64,000 bases of DNA from Balanoglossus misakiensis (lineage: Eukaryota > Animalia > Hemichordata). The stretch is taken from contig CM082590.2 in the NCBI GenBank assembly GCA_040954595.2, forward strand, positions 9,388,088 to 9,452,087. The letters run 5' to 3'. Shown in pieces: positions 1 through 20,600 of the stretch. Made by a program: the position numbers and the translations under genes. How positions within the stretch are numbered: position 1 is the first letter of the stretch; the number at the start of each line of letters is the position of its first letter. The notes below the pieces were generated by a model, which saw only the letters and a program-made list of their open reading frames with translations, did no database searches and had not been told where the DNA came from.

Positions 1-653
1 TGACAATTTTCATGAGCTATAGCCCATGAAATATGTCCCCAACTCACAATTTCACCAAAGTTTGCAAAGTTGGGAATTTTTCCTTTTCTGACAATTTTCA
101 TGAGCTATAACCCATGAAATATGTCCCCAAATGACAATTTCACCAAAGTTTGCAAAGGTGGGAATTTTTCCTTTTCTGACAATTTTCATGAGCTATAGCC
201 CATGAAATATGTCCCCAGATCACAATTTCACCAAAGTTTGCAAAGTTGGGAGTTTTTCCTGTCCTGACAATTTTCATGAGCTATAACCCATGAAATATGT
301 CCCCAAATGACAATTTCACCAAAGTTTGCAAAGTTGGAAATTTTTCCTTTTCTGACAATTTTCATGAGCTATAGCCCATGAAATATGTCCCCAGATCACA
401 ATTTCACCAAAGTTTGCAAAGTTGGGAGTTTTTCCTGTCCTGACAATTTTCATGAGCTATAACCCATGAAATATGTCCCCAAATGACAATTTCACCAAAG
501 TTTGCAAAGTGGGGAATTTTTCCTGTCCTGACAATTTTCATGAGCTATAACCCATGAAATATGTCCCCAAATCACAATTTCACCAAAGTTTGCAACTTTG
601 GGAATTTTTCCTGTCCTGACAATTTTCATGAGAATTTCCTATCCTGACAGCCC
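1..653. repeat. Minisatellite, 88-bp unit, about 7 copies, truncated by the window edge
   Basis: The unit TGACAATTTTCATGAGCTATA(G/A)CCCATGAAATATGTCCCC...CACCAAAGTTTGCAAAG recurs at 1, 89, 177, 265 and onward; the array ends in TGACAGCCCTG. Confidence 0.95.
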
Positions 654-3142
654 TGTTTATCTGTTTGCATTTTTTATTTCAAGTCTTTATTTTCATTGTC
701 CATCTGCCTATCAGCTAGCTCAACAATAGAAATATCACCTCACGAAAAAGTTTTTTGGAAACATTGGTAAAATGTGAGCTGAACTAATAAAACTTCATTA
801 ATTTAATTACTATCCATGTAGTATTTGTCTACTGAGATTACAACTGACAATTTTGTAAACAACTGAGAATGATTGGGGGAATAAAAAAACTACTCTGCCA
901 TACATTTTCACATAACATAGAAATTCCCTGAATTATACTAATTGATTATCAAAGGTGAATTTCATTACTACCCATGTTAATATTTTCTAAACATTACATC
1001 ACACATATATAATGTAATCTTTTTATACACTGATTATTACAGAATTTTTCTCAAGAATCAATGCTTCCAAAATTTTAATGTCAAAAACTACTAAGAGGTA
1101 ATTTTCAATAACATAGAAACGTGACTACCACTATTACCAGGTATTCCCTGAAATGCACACATTGAGTATACGCTCTGCTCAACAGGGCTGTTGTTTATCT
1201 GTTGTTGTTTATGTTGGGAGTCCCTAGTTACCGCGCTCGTCGTCTCAACATCCAAATTATCGGAGCCAGGCCCCTTCGGATCCTATATTACGCGTTAAAC
1301 TACGTTAAATCACGAAGCTAACATGTTTAAACCCTAAATCTTGCTCTGCTCGGAGAGAGAGATGTGTTGGATGCCCTAATAGCCTAGCCTAGCAACTTCG
1401 CGCAGCACATGTCAACAAAATGTTTCAAAAATTGAGTCTTACTGTGATTTTCCCGTGAATTCAGTCTTCTCCTTGAAAGAGTGGTGTTTGGGCAACCTAT
1501 ACTGAAACCATTAGCGCTTGTAGTCCGGATTTGGTGAAATTTTGAGACAATATTTGACTGTACGCGTTCCAGCGGGGTGCAGGCAGACTACAGGACTTCC
1601 AGTAAACAAACGTGAGGTCAAGGGTCGAAGGTCACCTAAGGGGATTTCCTGACCTCATTTGCGTACATAGTGCGCCCCTAGTGGTAGACATGTTGATTGA
1701 GCAGAGCTATACGCTTTTTGCTCCATAATTAGACGTACGCGTAATGAAACGAGTAACTCTCTCTTTTTTTTAATTTTGCAATCTTGGAAATGTCAGTTTT
1801 ATTTTTTTCGAATAATTACTGGAGACAAGTCTCACTCTAGTCTCGGTTACCCAGACTCCTTCGCTCCTGATTGCTACGGGCGCCCTCTTGCAACAGTAAT
1901 CAACTTAAAAACATCCCTTTTGTTCAAGTCAACCCTCTCCTGTTGTCAAATTGTCACGATCGCCCTCCTGCAACAGTTATCAACGTATAAAGCCTCCCCT
2001 TTCGATAAAACAATTATCACCAAACACAACAGACTTCATCTTACTGGATGGTACACCATCCATAGCCATAGTTACAGACCTCATTCTAATGGATTACAGA
2101 CCAAATATTTTCAGCACATCTCCACACTACAGAACATTCTACACTCATGTGAGAAATCAGAACTGCACACACAACAATATGTGGTCTTTATAATATTTAT
2201 TTGCTTTCAAATGTCAACAGTAACTTCAAGACTAGGCAGATTTTTGGAAATGAAATCATTTATTACGGCATTTAAAAGCAACCTGTACAAGTTGTAACCC
2301 TGGTTACAAAGCTTTTGTTGGACTAGATCTCTCAAACTCAAAATTTCAACTACAAACTTAGTTGTGTTTACTTCAATATTTATGTTTCACAACTTGTTTA
2401 CATTTAAACAAAAACAAACAAAGAAAAAATACAAGAGAATTCGCTAAAAGTATTTCTGAACCTTTTTAGGGACATTGGTAACTCATTGTACAGTAATAGT
2501 ACCAATATACAGTATTTAAGGAAACTGCATCTATCTTTTATTTTATTTGAGGGAATTTCTCATCTCAGTTTCTGTTGTGGGCCTGCATGGATAGCCAAAT
2601 GGGGAAACAGTAGTCATCATACTGTAAAACACTTTATTTTCGCGAGCAATAAATTTTCGCCTCAACAAAAAAACACAAACGTGGCATATTGCAAAGAAAA
2701 CTGATCCAAACTTAACTTCTTTCTTAAACTGTTCTTGATGACATCAGTAAAATTACATGGGGGAAAAATCCAACTTAGTGGTTTCAAAACAAACAGAATC
2801 CCTAATGCCATATCTTTTCAGACATAATTTAAAAAAAAAAAAACTTTAAGATCGCTATTTGGAGGAGATCAATTTCTCTGATGATCTACCTGGTGTGATT
2901 CAATGATTGTACATAAATAATGTTTGGAAAATCACTACATTATATAAGTTTATACCATGACTGTAACTTTTGTCCCAAGTGTTCCGCTCGAATAATTCAC
3001 CTGGTTCATTTATGACCTTCAAAGTCCACTTTGAAATTCCATGAACGCTTCAGTTGTCTACGATATTCCATGGTGAATTCAGTCAATAAGTTTTTAGCTG
3101 TGTTGTCTGACTATTCCAATCCGAAGCTCTTCATATTAGCTT

Positions 3143-10291
<7,149 letters not shown>

Positions 10292-10640
10292 GTGAACTTC
10301 TTAATATCCTAGGTCTTGTAAAGCGTGGATCGGTGGTGAAATGGTGACTCCAAGGTCCCGAAAAGATTAAAAACAACGCTTCTAGGAAAACACACAAATA
10401 TCTCACGGCTCTGGTTACAAAACTAGGTTGTTTTGAATTTCTTTCCTCCTCTGTAACGCGACCTCGGTCGTCGAGGGCGTCCCACCGAAGGTTCATTTCA
10501 CATGACGTAATGTAATATGACATCCGTGATATTTCGCTTTTTTTGGAGAAAACAGCGATCTAAAGACTACACCAAGGTTTCATCGTGAAGCTGTTTAGTA
10601 TTTTAGCCGAATGTAAAGTATCTGTATTGTCTAGTCACCT
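10292..10640. promoter_or_regulatory. Bidirectional promoter and 5' UTRs of YME1L1 and KXD1
   Basis: The divergent ATGs are at 10291 (-) and 10926 (+). The region is locally CpG-rich with a TGACGTAA ATF/CRE-like site at ~10503. A probable KXD1 5'UTR intron runs from gtaagt ~10644 to acag ~10839. Confidence 0.65.
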
Positions 10641-10925
10641 CTGGTAAGTCCTTACGCGCTCGTGTCACATTTATCTGTACATAATATTGAGTTGACTCAC
10701 TGTTTATTTTTGATGATCTCCTGGTCAATCGGCTGAAATCGTCACAACAAAGATTATTTTGTAAGATTTGTATGTATCAGTGGTTACTTTCCAAAGGTGG
10801 TATAAAATTAATACTCGTTTATAATCATTGCTTACACAGCTCAAAGGAACGTTCTGTCGATCTGGTCACAAGTGGGCGGTGACCCAAGTTCAGTGAAGGG
10901 AAAAACATTCTAGTTGTCTGCTACG

Positions 10926-11321
10926 ATGGCGGTCTCCGAGTCTCCGGGATCTGATGCTTTTGTTGGGCTCCTGTCGTCCCTCGTCAACAAGGAAGATGTC
11001 AACGAGATCATAGCGACCCAGCGTCACATGATGAACCGATTTGAGAAGACAAACGAAATGATGAACAGTTTCAACAAACTCTCCGCCCATCATTACGAGG
11101 AGAAAAGCGAACAGTTCAAGAATCACACCCGAACGCTGATTGACATGAAGCGAGATCTAGACATCATCTTCAAGAGAATCAAAGTTTTGAAGGCACAGGT
11201 TGCTAGGCAATATCCGGATGCCTACAAAGCATGTGAGGATGAGATTCAACGCGTTGATTTGGAAGAAGGTGGCGAAGAAGGGACACCAGGAGTCAAGAAG
11301 GAACCAGAAACTGCTAGTTAA
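10926..11321 (+). CDS. KXD1: KxDL motif-containing protein 1 (BORC/BLOC-1-associated), single coding exon
   Basis: MAVSESPGSDAF...QRHMMNRFEKTNEMMNSFNKLS...HTRTLIDMKRDLDIIFKRIKVLKAQVARQYPDAY matches the KXD1 signature (RFEKTNEML; MKxDL). Confidence 0.93.
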   Translation: MAVSESPGSDAFVGLLSSLVNKEDVNEIIATQRHMMNRFEKTNEMMNSFNKLSAHHYEEKSEQFKNHTRTLIDMKRDLDIIFKRIKVLKAQVARQYPDAYKACEDEIQRVDLEEGGEEGTPGVKKEPETAS

Positions 11322-12503
11322 AGCCCCAGTTACTCCAACAGTTAGCATTACTGGGCCTTTAAAAGACATTTTGTTGCATTATATGGATAATAGAAATGTT
11401 GACTCAACATAATGCTTGTAATCACATAACAGCCATGTTGTGCAATTGCTTTTTTTGTGTGAATAAATTTACTCCCTGATAAACAAGACAGTGTGATTAT
11501 TTCAATAAATCCCAGTAGTGTGGTTCCTTCAATCATATTTTACGGTTAGATGTTTATAAGATCTCTTACATATGAACATAATGAATATGGATGCGTTTGG
11601 TAAAATGCCATGTTTACTACATCTACCAGGTAACACAGAAAGAAAAACAAAACAAAACAATATCAATAGGTTAGAAATCCACTTTTATTAACATACAGTT
11701 TTACACAACAACATCCAGTTCATACAAGAATAATCACTAAAAATATTATTCCAGGGGGTCAATTAAAAATGTTCTAGGTCTGTATAGTATTTTATTTTAG
11801 TGTATATATATTCGGTGGGCAGATAAAACTTGATAGCAAAGAAAGAATTTCACAAAAGACGTTTGCTCCTTTAAAGCTATAGAGTTGTGAAGATGAGGTA
11901 GAAGAGTTCAATATAAAAACATATATTTAAAATTTTTAATCATTATAGTATTTTTTGAGATATTGCCAATAAATTTGTGTGCACCAAGCGAGCCATCTGG
12001 AGATTAAATTTACAAAGTATTAGATCAATATTTTCACTCAGTCACATGTATTTAGTTTTATTCAGTTGATTTATCATAAGCAAATATAAATCTTATCTGT
12101 AGTTCAAGAGCTGAAATGCAAATAAAAATAGAGCATTTGGACTCCCTAGGTTAGATCTACTGAGTAAGAGAGTAAATATGACTCCCTAGTTTATCTCTAC
12201 TGAATTATATATGAGCTTGCATGGTAAGCAATAGGTAAGCAAGTGAATCATGACAGTTTGAAAAAGTCAATTTGCAGTTGACTCTTGCTAAGCAGAACCC
12301 TGTGAGCCTGTTGTACTGTGTTATACCTTTCACCACCATGGTTTGGTCCAAATCCATTGTTTTCCATGGTAAACCTGGAACTCTATAAAGGGAAACGGGG
12401 GTGAAAGGGTTAATGCAAATCTCTTGCTGGATGTAGTTCACTCCATACGATGGCAAATGGATTGTTGTACTTCTAGACCTTCCGTTTGTTACCAGTGTTC
12501 TTC

Positions 12504-12970
12504 CTATGGGTTCTCCGCTGAATTTCTGTTGGAATAAAAAAATTGTCGTCAATTAAAGTGCGGTGAAGTAGACATGAGAGAAAACAAGTTTCAGTTAGCT
12601 TGCTAGGTGGGCGTGGCTACCATACCCTACGCAAATCATTCGTAAATATACGTTACCTGTGGTTGTCCGATTTCACTGCGTTGCTGTTGTCAGTTTCACA
12701 ACTTCCTTTATCACCACAGGACTGGTTTTTATAACGACATGCCAAGTAAACCCCAATCAGGATCAAGACGAGGGATACAGCTAGCATCCCCGCGCCACTT
12801 GCGATCTTCACAACGTCGTCGGGTATACCTGTACCGAGTGTCGCCGCTCCAGCGATCAAAAGCCCGACTGCCGCAGCACCAAGCAACCCGTGTGGCACAT
12901 ATCTGCGTCGTCGACATCTGTTCGATTCCTGGTTGCCATCGCCAGATTTTGAACAGCTCTGTCCAGTCAT
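12504..12970 (-). CDS. Small uncharacterised protein with two predicted TM helices, probably 2 exons
   Basis: ATG at 12970. A basic RCRRRRY stretch precedes two hydrophobic segments (GLLGAAAVGLLIAGAATLG; IASGAGMLAVSLVLILIGVYLAC). The donor AG|gtaac at ~12656 joined to the acceptor at ~12526 gives ...HRNSAENP*. Confidence 0.55.
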
Positions 12971-13807
12971 CTTGAGTTTGTACAAATACTGATCTTGATG
13001 GATAGTGAACTGCAATTTATATAACGCACGTATCGATGACAACGATAGTGGAGAGCCCCCACGTGACTAACAATAATAGTAGAGATCTCTGTGACCTGAT
13101 TACGCAAGCTCACCTGGCCTGGTCTTTGCGCATGTGTAGCAAGGCTTGGCTCCACGCTTGAAATGTTTTTGACGTCATTACATTTGTTTAAGTGATTAAA
13201 TGTCGTTGACACTATTGTGACGTAAAGATACGAGATACAGTTGACACAAAGAAAAATAGGATCGTTTGCCCACTTCTAAAATCACAGTCATTCCAATGTG
13301 ACCAGAAAATCGAAGCCCCCCCCCCCCCTCAAACTTTTATTTATTACGTGGTATGGGAACTTGATAAAATGTCATTGTACTTCAACAACAAGAAAGTTGG
13401 TGTGAACGACATCTTGTCCACACCTTGTATGCATGTGATTTTGAACAAGCAGGAAGTTTGAATGGAAAAGTGCTGTCATACTAGTATGTCTGAGCTGGTG
13501 GTATCTTTTTTCTGACTTTTCTTTTCAACTGGGCGATAAATACAAGTCATTGGGTGAATGGAGGGTATGAAAATAGTCAAAAAGTGCGGATCCTCAACAT
13601 TTATAACTTTCACAAATAAACAAGATCCATACTATAAAACAAGTGCCATCCATCCACATTTCTTTTCGTAACTTTTTATTTACAGTTTTGATAACCCATA
13701 ATCGACAACTATTTCTACTTTCACAAAGACCTCAATGAGTCACTATTTTCTCAAGTGACCTTGAGATCACTGTAACCTTGGATGTGACCGCTACAAGGTC
13801 GCTTGTC

Positions 13808-13880
13808 TAGCGCCCTCACACAGCCCTCATGAATTTGAGCCTTGACTTCAAAAATTCATAATAGCTGTGTGATGGCGCTA
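13808..13880. repeat. Short inverted-repeat element (MITE-like hairpin)
   Basis: TAGCGCCCTCACACAGC ... GCTGTGTGATGGCGCTA arms. Confidence 0.55.
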
Positions 13881-14552
13881 TACTTATTAAAAGTGTGTAT
13901 TTCTTGGAAGTTTGTTGACAATTATCAAAACCACATTTTATTTAGACAACCAATCTGAGACAGACATCAATACACCTGCTGTTACTAACATGCTAATTTG
14001 CTGGTATGTATTTTGGGTGGTCTGGAACCACCTGTTTGGAATGATATCAGAATTCATAATTAAAGAAAAAAATATAAACTCAAAAAGCAGAATAATAAAA
14101 ATCTTTTTAATAGATTTCTCGAGGTGGGGGGGGGGGAGTCAAATATCTTGTAACATTATCTTTAATTGGTCGTTTTTTTCTTGTGAAACCAGGTGTACGT
14201 TTAGTGGATCGATGATGTATTGTACATATAATAACTATTTTTTGAGACACTGAATATCAGCCCTTATACTGGTGAGAAAAAGTCCACTTCCAACTGAAAT
14301 TATAAAAGGAAAAGAAACTGCCCTTCATACTGCACAGATATTTATTATATGCATATAGCAACACAGTGAGTTGTTTTGTACACATTGGCCAATAGCTTGT
14401 CTTATAAAGCTGATTCAAAATCATTTTAAATTCTCCCTTGTATAACTCTAACCTTCAAAACTGCAACTGTGGGGGAAAAGGATGCGGCCAAAAGCCAACC
14501 CCTTCTTCACTGCTTCATTCTGGATGAAACACTGAGCATGCTAACATCTCTT

Positions 14553-14645
14553 TTAACCCTTCCACCTCAATGGTTTGGTCCAAACCCATTGTTTTCTGTG
14601 GTAAGGTTGGACCTCTAAACACGGAAATGGGGGTGATAGGGTTAA
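14553..14645. mobile_element. About 85-bp piggyBac-type MITE (TTAA TSD, CCCTTTCACC TIRs); more than 12 copies in the window
   Basis: Consensus TTAA|CCCTTTCACCACCATGGTT(T/C)(G/A)GTCCAAACCCATTGTTTTCTATGGTAA.GTTGGACCTCT....GG.AACTGGGGGTGAAAGGG|TTAA. Other copies at about 7920, 12323, 15690, 16801, 16956, 18565, 20747, 21270, 30260, 34700, 36930, 47574, 59925 and 63409. Confidence 0.88.
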
Positions 14646-17600
14646 TGATCCTCAAATCCTGGCATGGGATACTGTCTGGCAAATTCCTCGACCTCTTCCC
14701 GGAGTGCCTTGATTTTTCCCTGCGTGACATCATCGTTCATGATAAATTCCTTGAACTCCTTTAGTTTTGCCGTACCTGCCGGAGAAATAACGGAAAACAT
14801 CACACTGTCACTTTCATCCCAAGACAGAGGTCGCATTGACATCAAAATCATGGGTATTTGATGCAAAAAATAATCTTTGACGTGAAAATTTGAGTTGACA
14901 GGGACATCAATACCACTCAGCAAGCCCAAGATACTTACCAGTTTTTTGTTTGGCTTCCCTGGTTATTTCAACTCCTTGATTCATGAATGCTGCTACTTTC
15001 TCAAATTCTTTTTCTTTGAAGTTGCGAGATGTCAAGGCCGGTGCACCTGTGTAAAAATCCAGGAGGAAAATTTATTATTCATTTAACATTCACGTCTCCA
15101 TTTTTACAATGTTGAAAATTCTGCTGACTAAAATGAGCATGGAAAATGTCAGCAATAGATCATTTTCTGATCCTGATGAGCCCCTGGGAGATCTCGTATG
15201 GCTTGGCAGTTTATATGAGAGGACATTCTTAATTGTGAAACAGGACAAACAACACATGGTCAATCGTATCTAACGGCACAAAAGTCACAATTTTTATCAA
15301 ATTCTACACCTAATCTAGTTTGATACAAAGCTTGACTTTTACTGCCTGACTTGCAACCTGTTGTTACGGTAATTAATGAAGTCTCGCGAGATCTCGCAAT
15401 AAGCGTATCTTGGCAGGTACTGACCTATTCTGAGACCACCAGGGTTGAGGGCACTCTTGTCACCAGGTGTGGTGTTCTTGTTCACAGTGATCGACGCCAT
15501 TTCGAGAACTCTCTCAGCCCTCGATCCATCAATGCCTTTGGGTCGTAAATTCGCCAGCACCAGATGATTATCTGTACCACCTGAGAAAACAATAGTGGTT
15601 ACGTTATCACAATTCTCGTACCTTAAATAGGTTAATTCTGGCTACCAAGAAATAACTTTCAGCTCACTACAGATGTGACAAAAGCGTGAACCCTTTCACC
15701 CCCAGTTTCCCTATTTAGAAGTCCAACTGCACCATAGAAAACAACGGATTTGGACCAAACCAATTGCTTGGGAAAGGTAGCATCAAATTAATATGCACTT
15801 ACCAGATACCAAATCCCAGTCATATTTGTTCTTCAGTTCGTTAGCCATGGTCTGTGCGTTCTTGATCACTTGGGCTTGGTATTCTTTGAACTGTGGTGTC
15901 ATTGCCTGTCATGTGAGAAAGCAGAGATGGGACTATAAGATTACAGAACATTTGTGCTTAATCAGTCACTAAATACACACATACAGTAAACCCTGTCTAA
16001 ACCGAACACCAAAGGGACTGAAGAAATTGTTCAGTTTGTAGAGGCCAGTGTCCAGTTTATAGAGGTTCTTTGAATATGTGGTTGTGTCAAAGGGACAGGA
16101 AAAGATGTTTCCAGATTAGACAGAGTTCGTTTTAGACAGGTTTTACTGTAAATGCTTCTAATGTACACCAACTAGGGCAGAGTCTGGGCTCCAACAACCA
16201 AGAATTCAGAATCTCAGTGGGCAAATTAACGGGACGAAGTCTCTCTCTCTCGCTGCCCTTTTTTCCATTAATTATATTTGATACAAGACACCCTTTGTTA
16301 TTCTACATGTGGATATATAGTGAATGAACGTTCAACCACACACAACTTCCATCCCTCTTATAGACAGGAGAGTGAAAAAACTCGCCAAAATGAATAATAG
16401 TTCTTTACCATTTATTCATTTGGGGCGAGATTTTTACTCTCATATCATACAAGTGGGATGGAAGTTGTGTGTGGTCGAACATTGATTCACTATATATCCA
16501 CATGTAGAATAACATAAACGGTGTCCTGTATCAAACATAATTAATGGAAAAAGGGCAGCAAGAGAGAGACTTTGTCCCTTTCACACCAATCTGACCTGTT
16601 TGAGAGCCACAGCAATCCCAGCTATTGCATGTTCATGTGGTCCACCTTGCAGAGCTGGAAACACTGCTCCGTTGATTCTACTTTCAAAGTCGTACTTGAT
16701 TTCTTTCCCGGTCTTCTTGTTGACGCCCTTCACACCTTTCCGGAAGAAGATCATGCCGGCTCTGACGGGGGAAAAACAATGTCGGAAATCATGTTGAGTT
16801 TTAACCCTTTCATCATCATGGTTCAGTCCAAACCCATTGTGTTCTATGGTAAGCTTGGACCTCTTAAGAGGGAACTGGGGGTGAAAGGGTTAAGGGGTAA
16901 AGTGATGGAGAGTTGGTGTTGGCACAAACACTGTCACCATCCAACCAATTCTGTTTTAACCCTTTTACCACCATGGTTCAGTCCAAACCCAATGTGTTCT
17001 ACGGTAAAGTTGGACCACTAAAGAGGCAACCAGGGGTGAAAGGGTTAGATAGTGATGTTTTGTAGCAGACAGGCAAGAAGAACTAACAGCCGATCAATGC
17101 ACATAAAATTTGCTCACTCAAAAGTTAGAATACTGCCATTTCCTTGATTTTTATATATATTGTTTATCAATGAATAACCACACACTATATCTGGGTATAG
17201 TCATCTACCTTGTAGGAAGAATTCAATGAAGTGGCCTTACCTGGGTCCTCTTAGAGTTTTGTGAGTGGTGCTAGTGACTACATCAGAATGATCAAATGGA
17301 CTTGGGATAACCTTGGCAGCAACCAGACCACTGATGTGTGACATATCAGCCATCATGACAGCATTGCTCTCATCACAAATCTACAAAAACACAAATGGTG
17401 TTCGATTTACCTTATGATCGTCTTATGCGCATGTGTCAAACCAGAGACTGTGGTCACAAAATTGTGATACAGTCAATGCCATAAAGCAGTGTGCTGTCCT
17501 AACAATAGACAAGACAGGGGCGACCATAGTCTGTGTTGGAGATCTAGAAAAGACAGCAAATTGGATGAAAAGAAGGGACAAAACTAAAGTCTACGAATTT

Positions 17601-20600
17601 GGATAAATCTGATCCCAGGTCCTTGGGAGTGTGAGAATCTATAATACTCCACACACTGACTCTTGGAAGAGACCCACCTCTCTGTATCTTGGATAGTCAA
17701 GCAGTCTACTATAAGCCGTGGTCCCAGCGATGATCAGTCTTGGCCGGAATAATTTGGCAGTCTCTTGAAGTTTGTCGTAGTCAATATGTCCAGTTTTGGG
17801 CTGAAATAAACAAAACCGTTGCATTCAATATCAATCCATACAAACTTTATCCTGTTTCATGATCAGAATTTTTCCTGAGTTTGGAATGAAATTAAGGTTT
17901 CAAGATAGTGACATAAAATACTTACATTGAGTCTGTATGGCATAGATTCAAAGAAGATGGAAGTAGCTGACACTCGCTTCGTATCAGACATAAAACCATG
18001 AGTCAAACTGTAAACAAGCAGATAGAATTCATATCTTTAGCAGATCAAAATGTTTCAGAAATCAATTTCCACTGTTTTTAACTTCATGAAGAATCCTTTT
18101 AAGGTAAGTCAAACCTGTATATATGGCCAGTCAAGGGAATTTACTAAACTGACCTTTATAGACAGGTGGCCTTTTATAGACAGGTCAATCAATGTACAAT
18201 GTACATGACTGTGTTAGTGGCCACTACATAGAGGTGGCAACTAACACTGGTTTGACTGTAGTGAGATTTCAGAGAATCAGAATTCAGAGTCAAAGTTTGT
18301 GTCAAGGGTCACAGTGGATGGTTTTTCCATGACTTACTGTCCTCCGTGCGCCAGATCCAATCCCATGATCCGATCGTGCGGATTGAGAAGCGCTGTGTAG
18401 ACGGCAAAGTTGGCAGGAGATCCGGAATACGGCTGGACGTTGACACCCCATTTTTCCGGATCCAGGTCGAACGCCTCCAACGCACGCTTTATACACAGCG
18501 TCTCCACTCTGTCGATGATTTCATTCCCTCCATAGTATCTGTGGAGGAAATCCATGCAGGAAAATTAACCCTTTCACCAACATGGTTCAGTCCAAACCCA
18601 TTGTTTTCTATGGTAAGGTTGGACTTCTAAAGAGGAAACTGGGGGTGAAAGGGTTTCAATTAAACAAGCTTGTGTACCAGATGATACTGTGACATTTACA
18701 ACTTTAGATATTTCACCCTACAGTTTCAACCATCCCACCCCTCATACAGAGTGCATGAGTCCAACTGTACCACTGCAACCAATACGGCTGTACCATCTTA
18801 CACAATAGAAATGGGGGTGTCTTTTACCTCTGTCCTGCATAGCCTTCTGAGTACTTGTTGTTGAGACAGGAACCTAGAGATTCAAGAACAGCTCGACTTG
18901 CAAAGTTCTGCAGACAATGAAAAAGTCAATAATCACGAATAAGATCATATATCTGATTATCGCCCTGGGCTCAAACCACCAACACAGAAATCAAATCTGA
19001 ACACTTCCTTCAGCTCAAGTCGATAATGACTACATGTACTGAGATCACAAAGGAGAACATTGCCCTCAGTTGGAGTCAATAATCTCTTTTACTTACCTCA
19101 GATGCAATGAGCTCTAATCCACGTTTTTGTCTGTCTTTTTCTTCCCAGACTAAAGACATGATTTCCGGGTCGGAATCTGCCAGCGTTTCCTGTCCGTTCC
19201 ATGTTGTTTCCGACGTGGTCGAAGCAGCAGACTGTGTGCTCTGTAGACGTCCGCTGATCTGAGAAAAATCAAGAGACAGAAAAACGTTGAATGTTAGTCA
19301 TTTACAAGTACATGCAGGGTTAAGTAAACCAATGTGTCAAATTTACAACGATAACAAGTCTACATTCTTTGTAAAATATTCATCAAATATAATTAAACAA
19401 AAACTCTCAACCGTATGGCCTAGTGCATTACTTTGACTAGTGGAGTTGAGAAACGTAAACCTGCACAGGTATGGCCTAGTGCATTACTTTGACCTACGGA
19501 TTTGAGAAACGTAAACCTGCACAGGTATGGCCTAATGCATTACTTTGACTTGCGGAGTGAGAAACGTAAACCTGCACAGGCATGGCCTAATGCATTTGAC
19601 ATGATCTGAGGTGTTAATAATGACAACATGGATTAGATATGCTTCATGCACCCCATTTTCCCTACTTTAATGAATGTCAATGCAATTTTTATGTTAGCGT
19701 TGATGAGATAATTGACCCCAAATCAATACCCAGTGTCTATAAATAGTAAATTATCACATATACGATCTACATCATTCATTGAGTCTCAGGTGAGCTTGTT
19801 GAAAGGAGTTTAATGTTACGCCGTAAAATATATGACTGCAGACATTGATGAGAATGGTGTTTGTCAAAATGGCGCTTGTATTGAAGGATGATCTTCTTTC
19901 AATCTGAGGAGATTTACTATGACGTCAATGCAGTTCAAAGAACATTCAAGAAAAGCCCTTCTTAATTACACAAATCACAAAGCAGGTTTTATGGTGCGAA
20001 TAAAAATGGTCAGTGGCTTTTATTTGATTCAAAACATTCTATGAATTTCACAGATAAATATTCAATTTACAGATTTTCATTTGGGTGTCCAAACAAATTT
20101 TCCCTTTTTATCATTCATATCCAGATGATACTATTTCTTCTAAAAATCTACAGCCTGATTCATTCACTTAAAATCACCCAAATTCCACAATTTCCCTGAA
20201 TTTTTTCACTGATTGCTATTTTTTAAAGAGCGTGGTTAACAAATTTGCAATTATACTTTCAGTGCGACTTTCAAAAGCGTTTTATGCGGACTAATACTCC
20301 ATTTATTTGGAAATAACCGGTTTATATTCATGTAATGCAAATTGCTCGCTTTGTGAACATAATACAGAAATCATGAATGTAAATTTCAAATAGGCTGATG
20401 AAAGGAAGGATTCTTCAATGAGGTTTGTGAATGTTTGTGAAATGACTTGGTAACTCTATAGGACCATTATTACCGTACAAATGGACATACAGCTACTACC
20501 AATATTGCAATGTACATAAAGTCATATAATGTCTTATGTAATATTACACATCCCATATCAAAACACATGTATATTATCAACCATATGACACCACACAGAA

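Noticed and set aside
1-650. Regular 88-bp repeats as a CRISPR array
   Set aside because: The whole unit repeats with no unique spacers, there are no cas genes, and the context is eukaryotic.
1776-2297. 173-aa plus-strand ORF
   Set aside because: It has a non-ATG start, no recognisable domain or splice pattern, and lies antisense to the probable YME1L1 3' region.
15120-15250. H/ACA snoRNA-like (hairpin, AGATCA, hairpin, ACA) or hammerhead-like (CTGATGAG...GAAAC) pattern
   Set aside because: It lies antisense to the SHMT2 host intron, and the second hairpin and stem II pair poorly.
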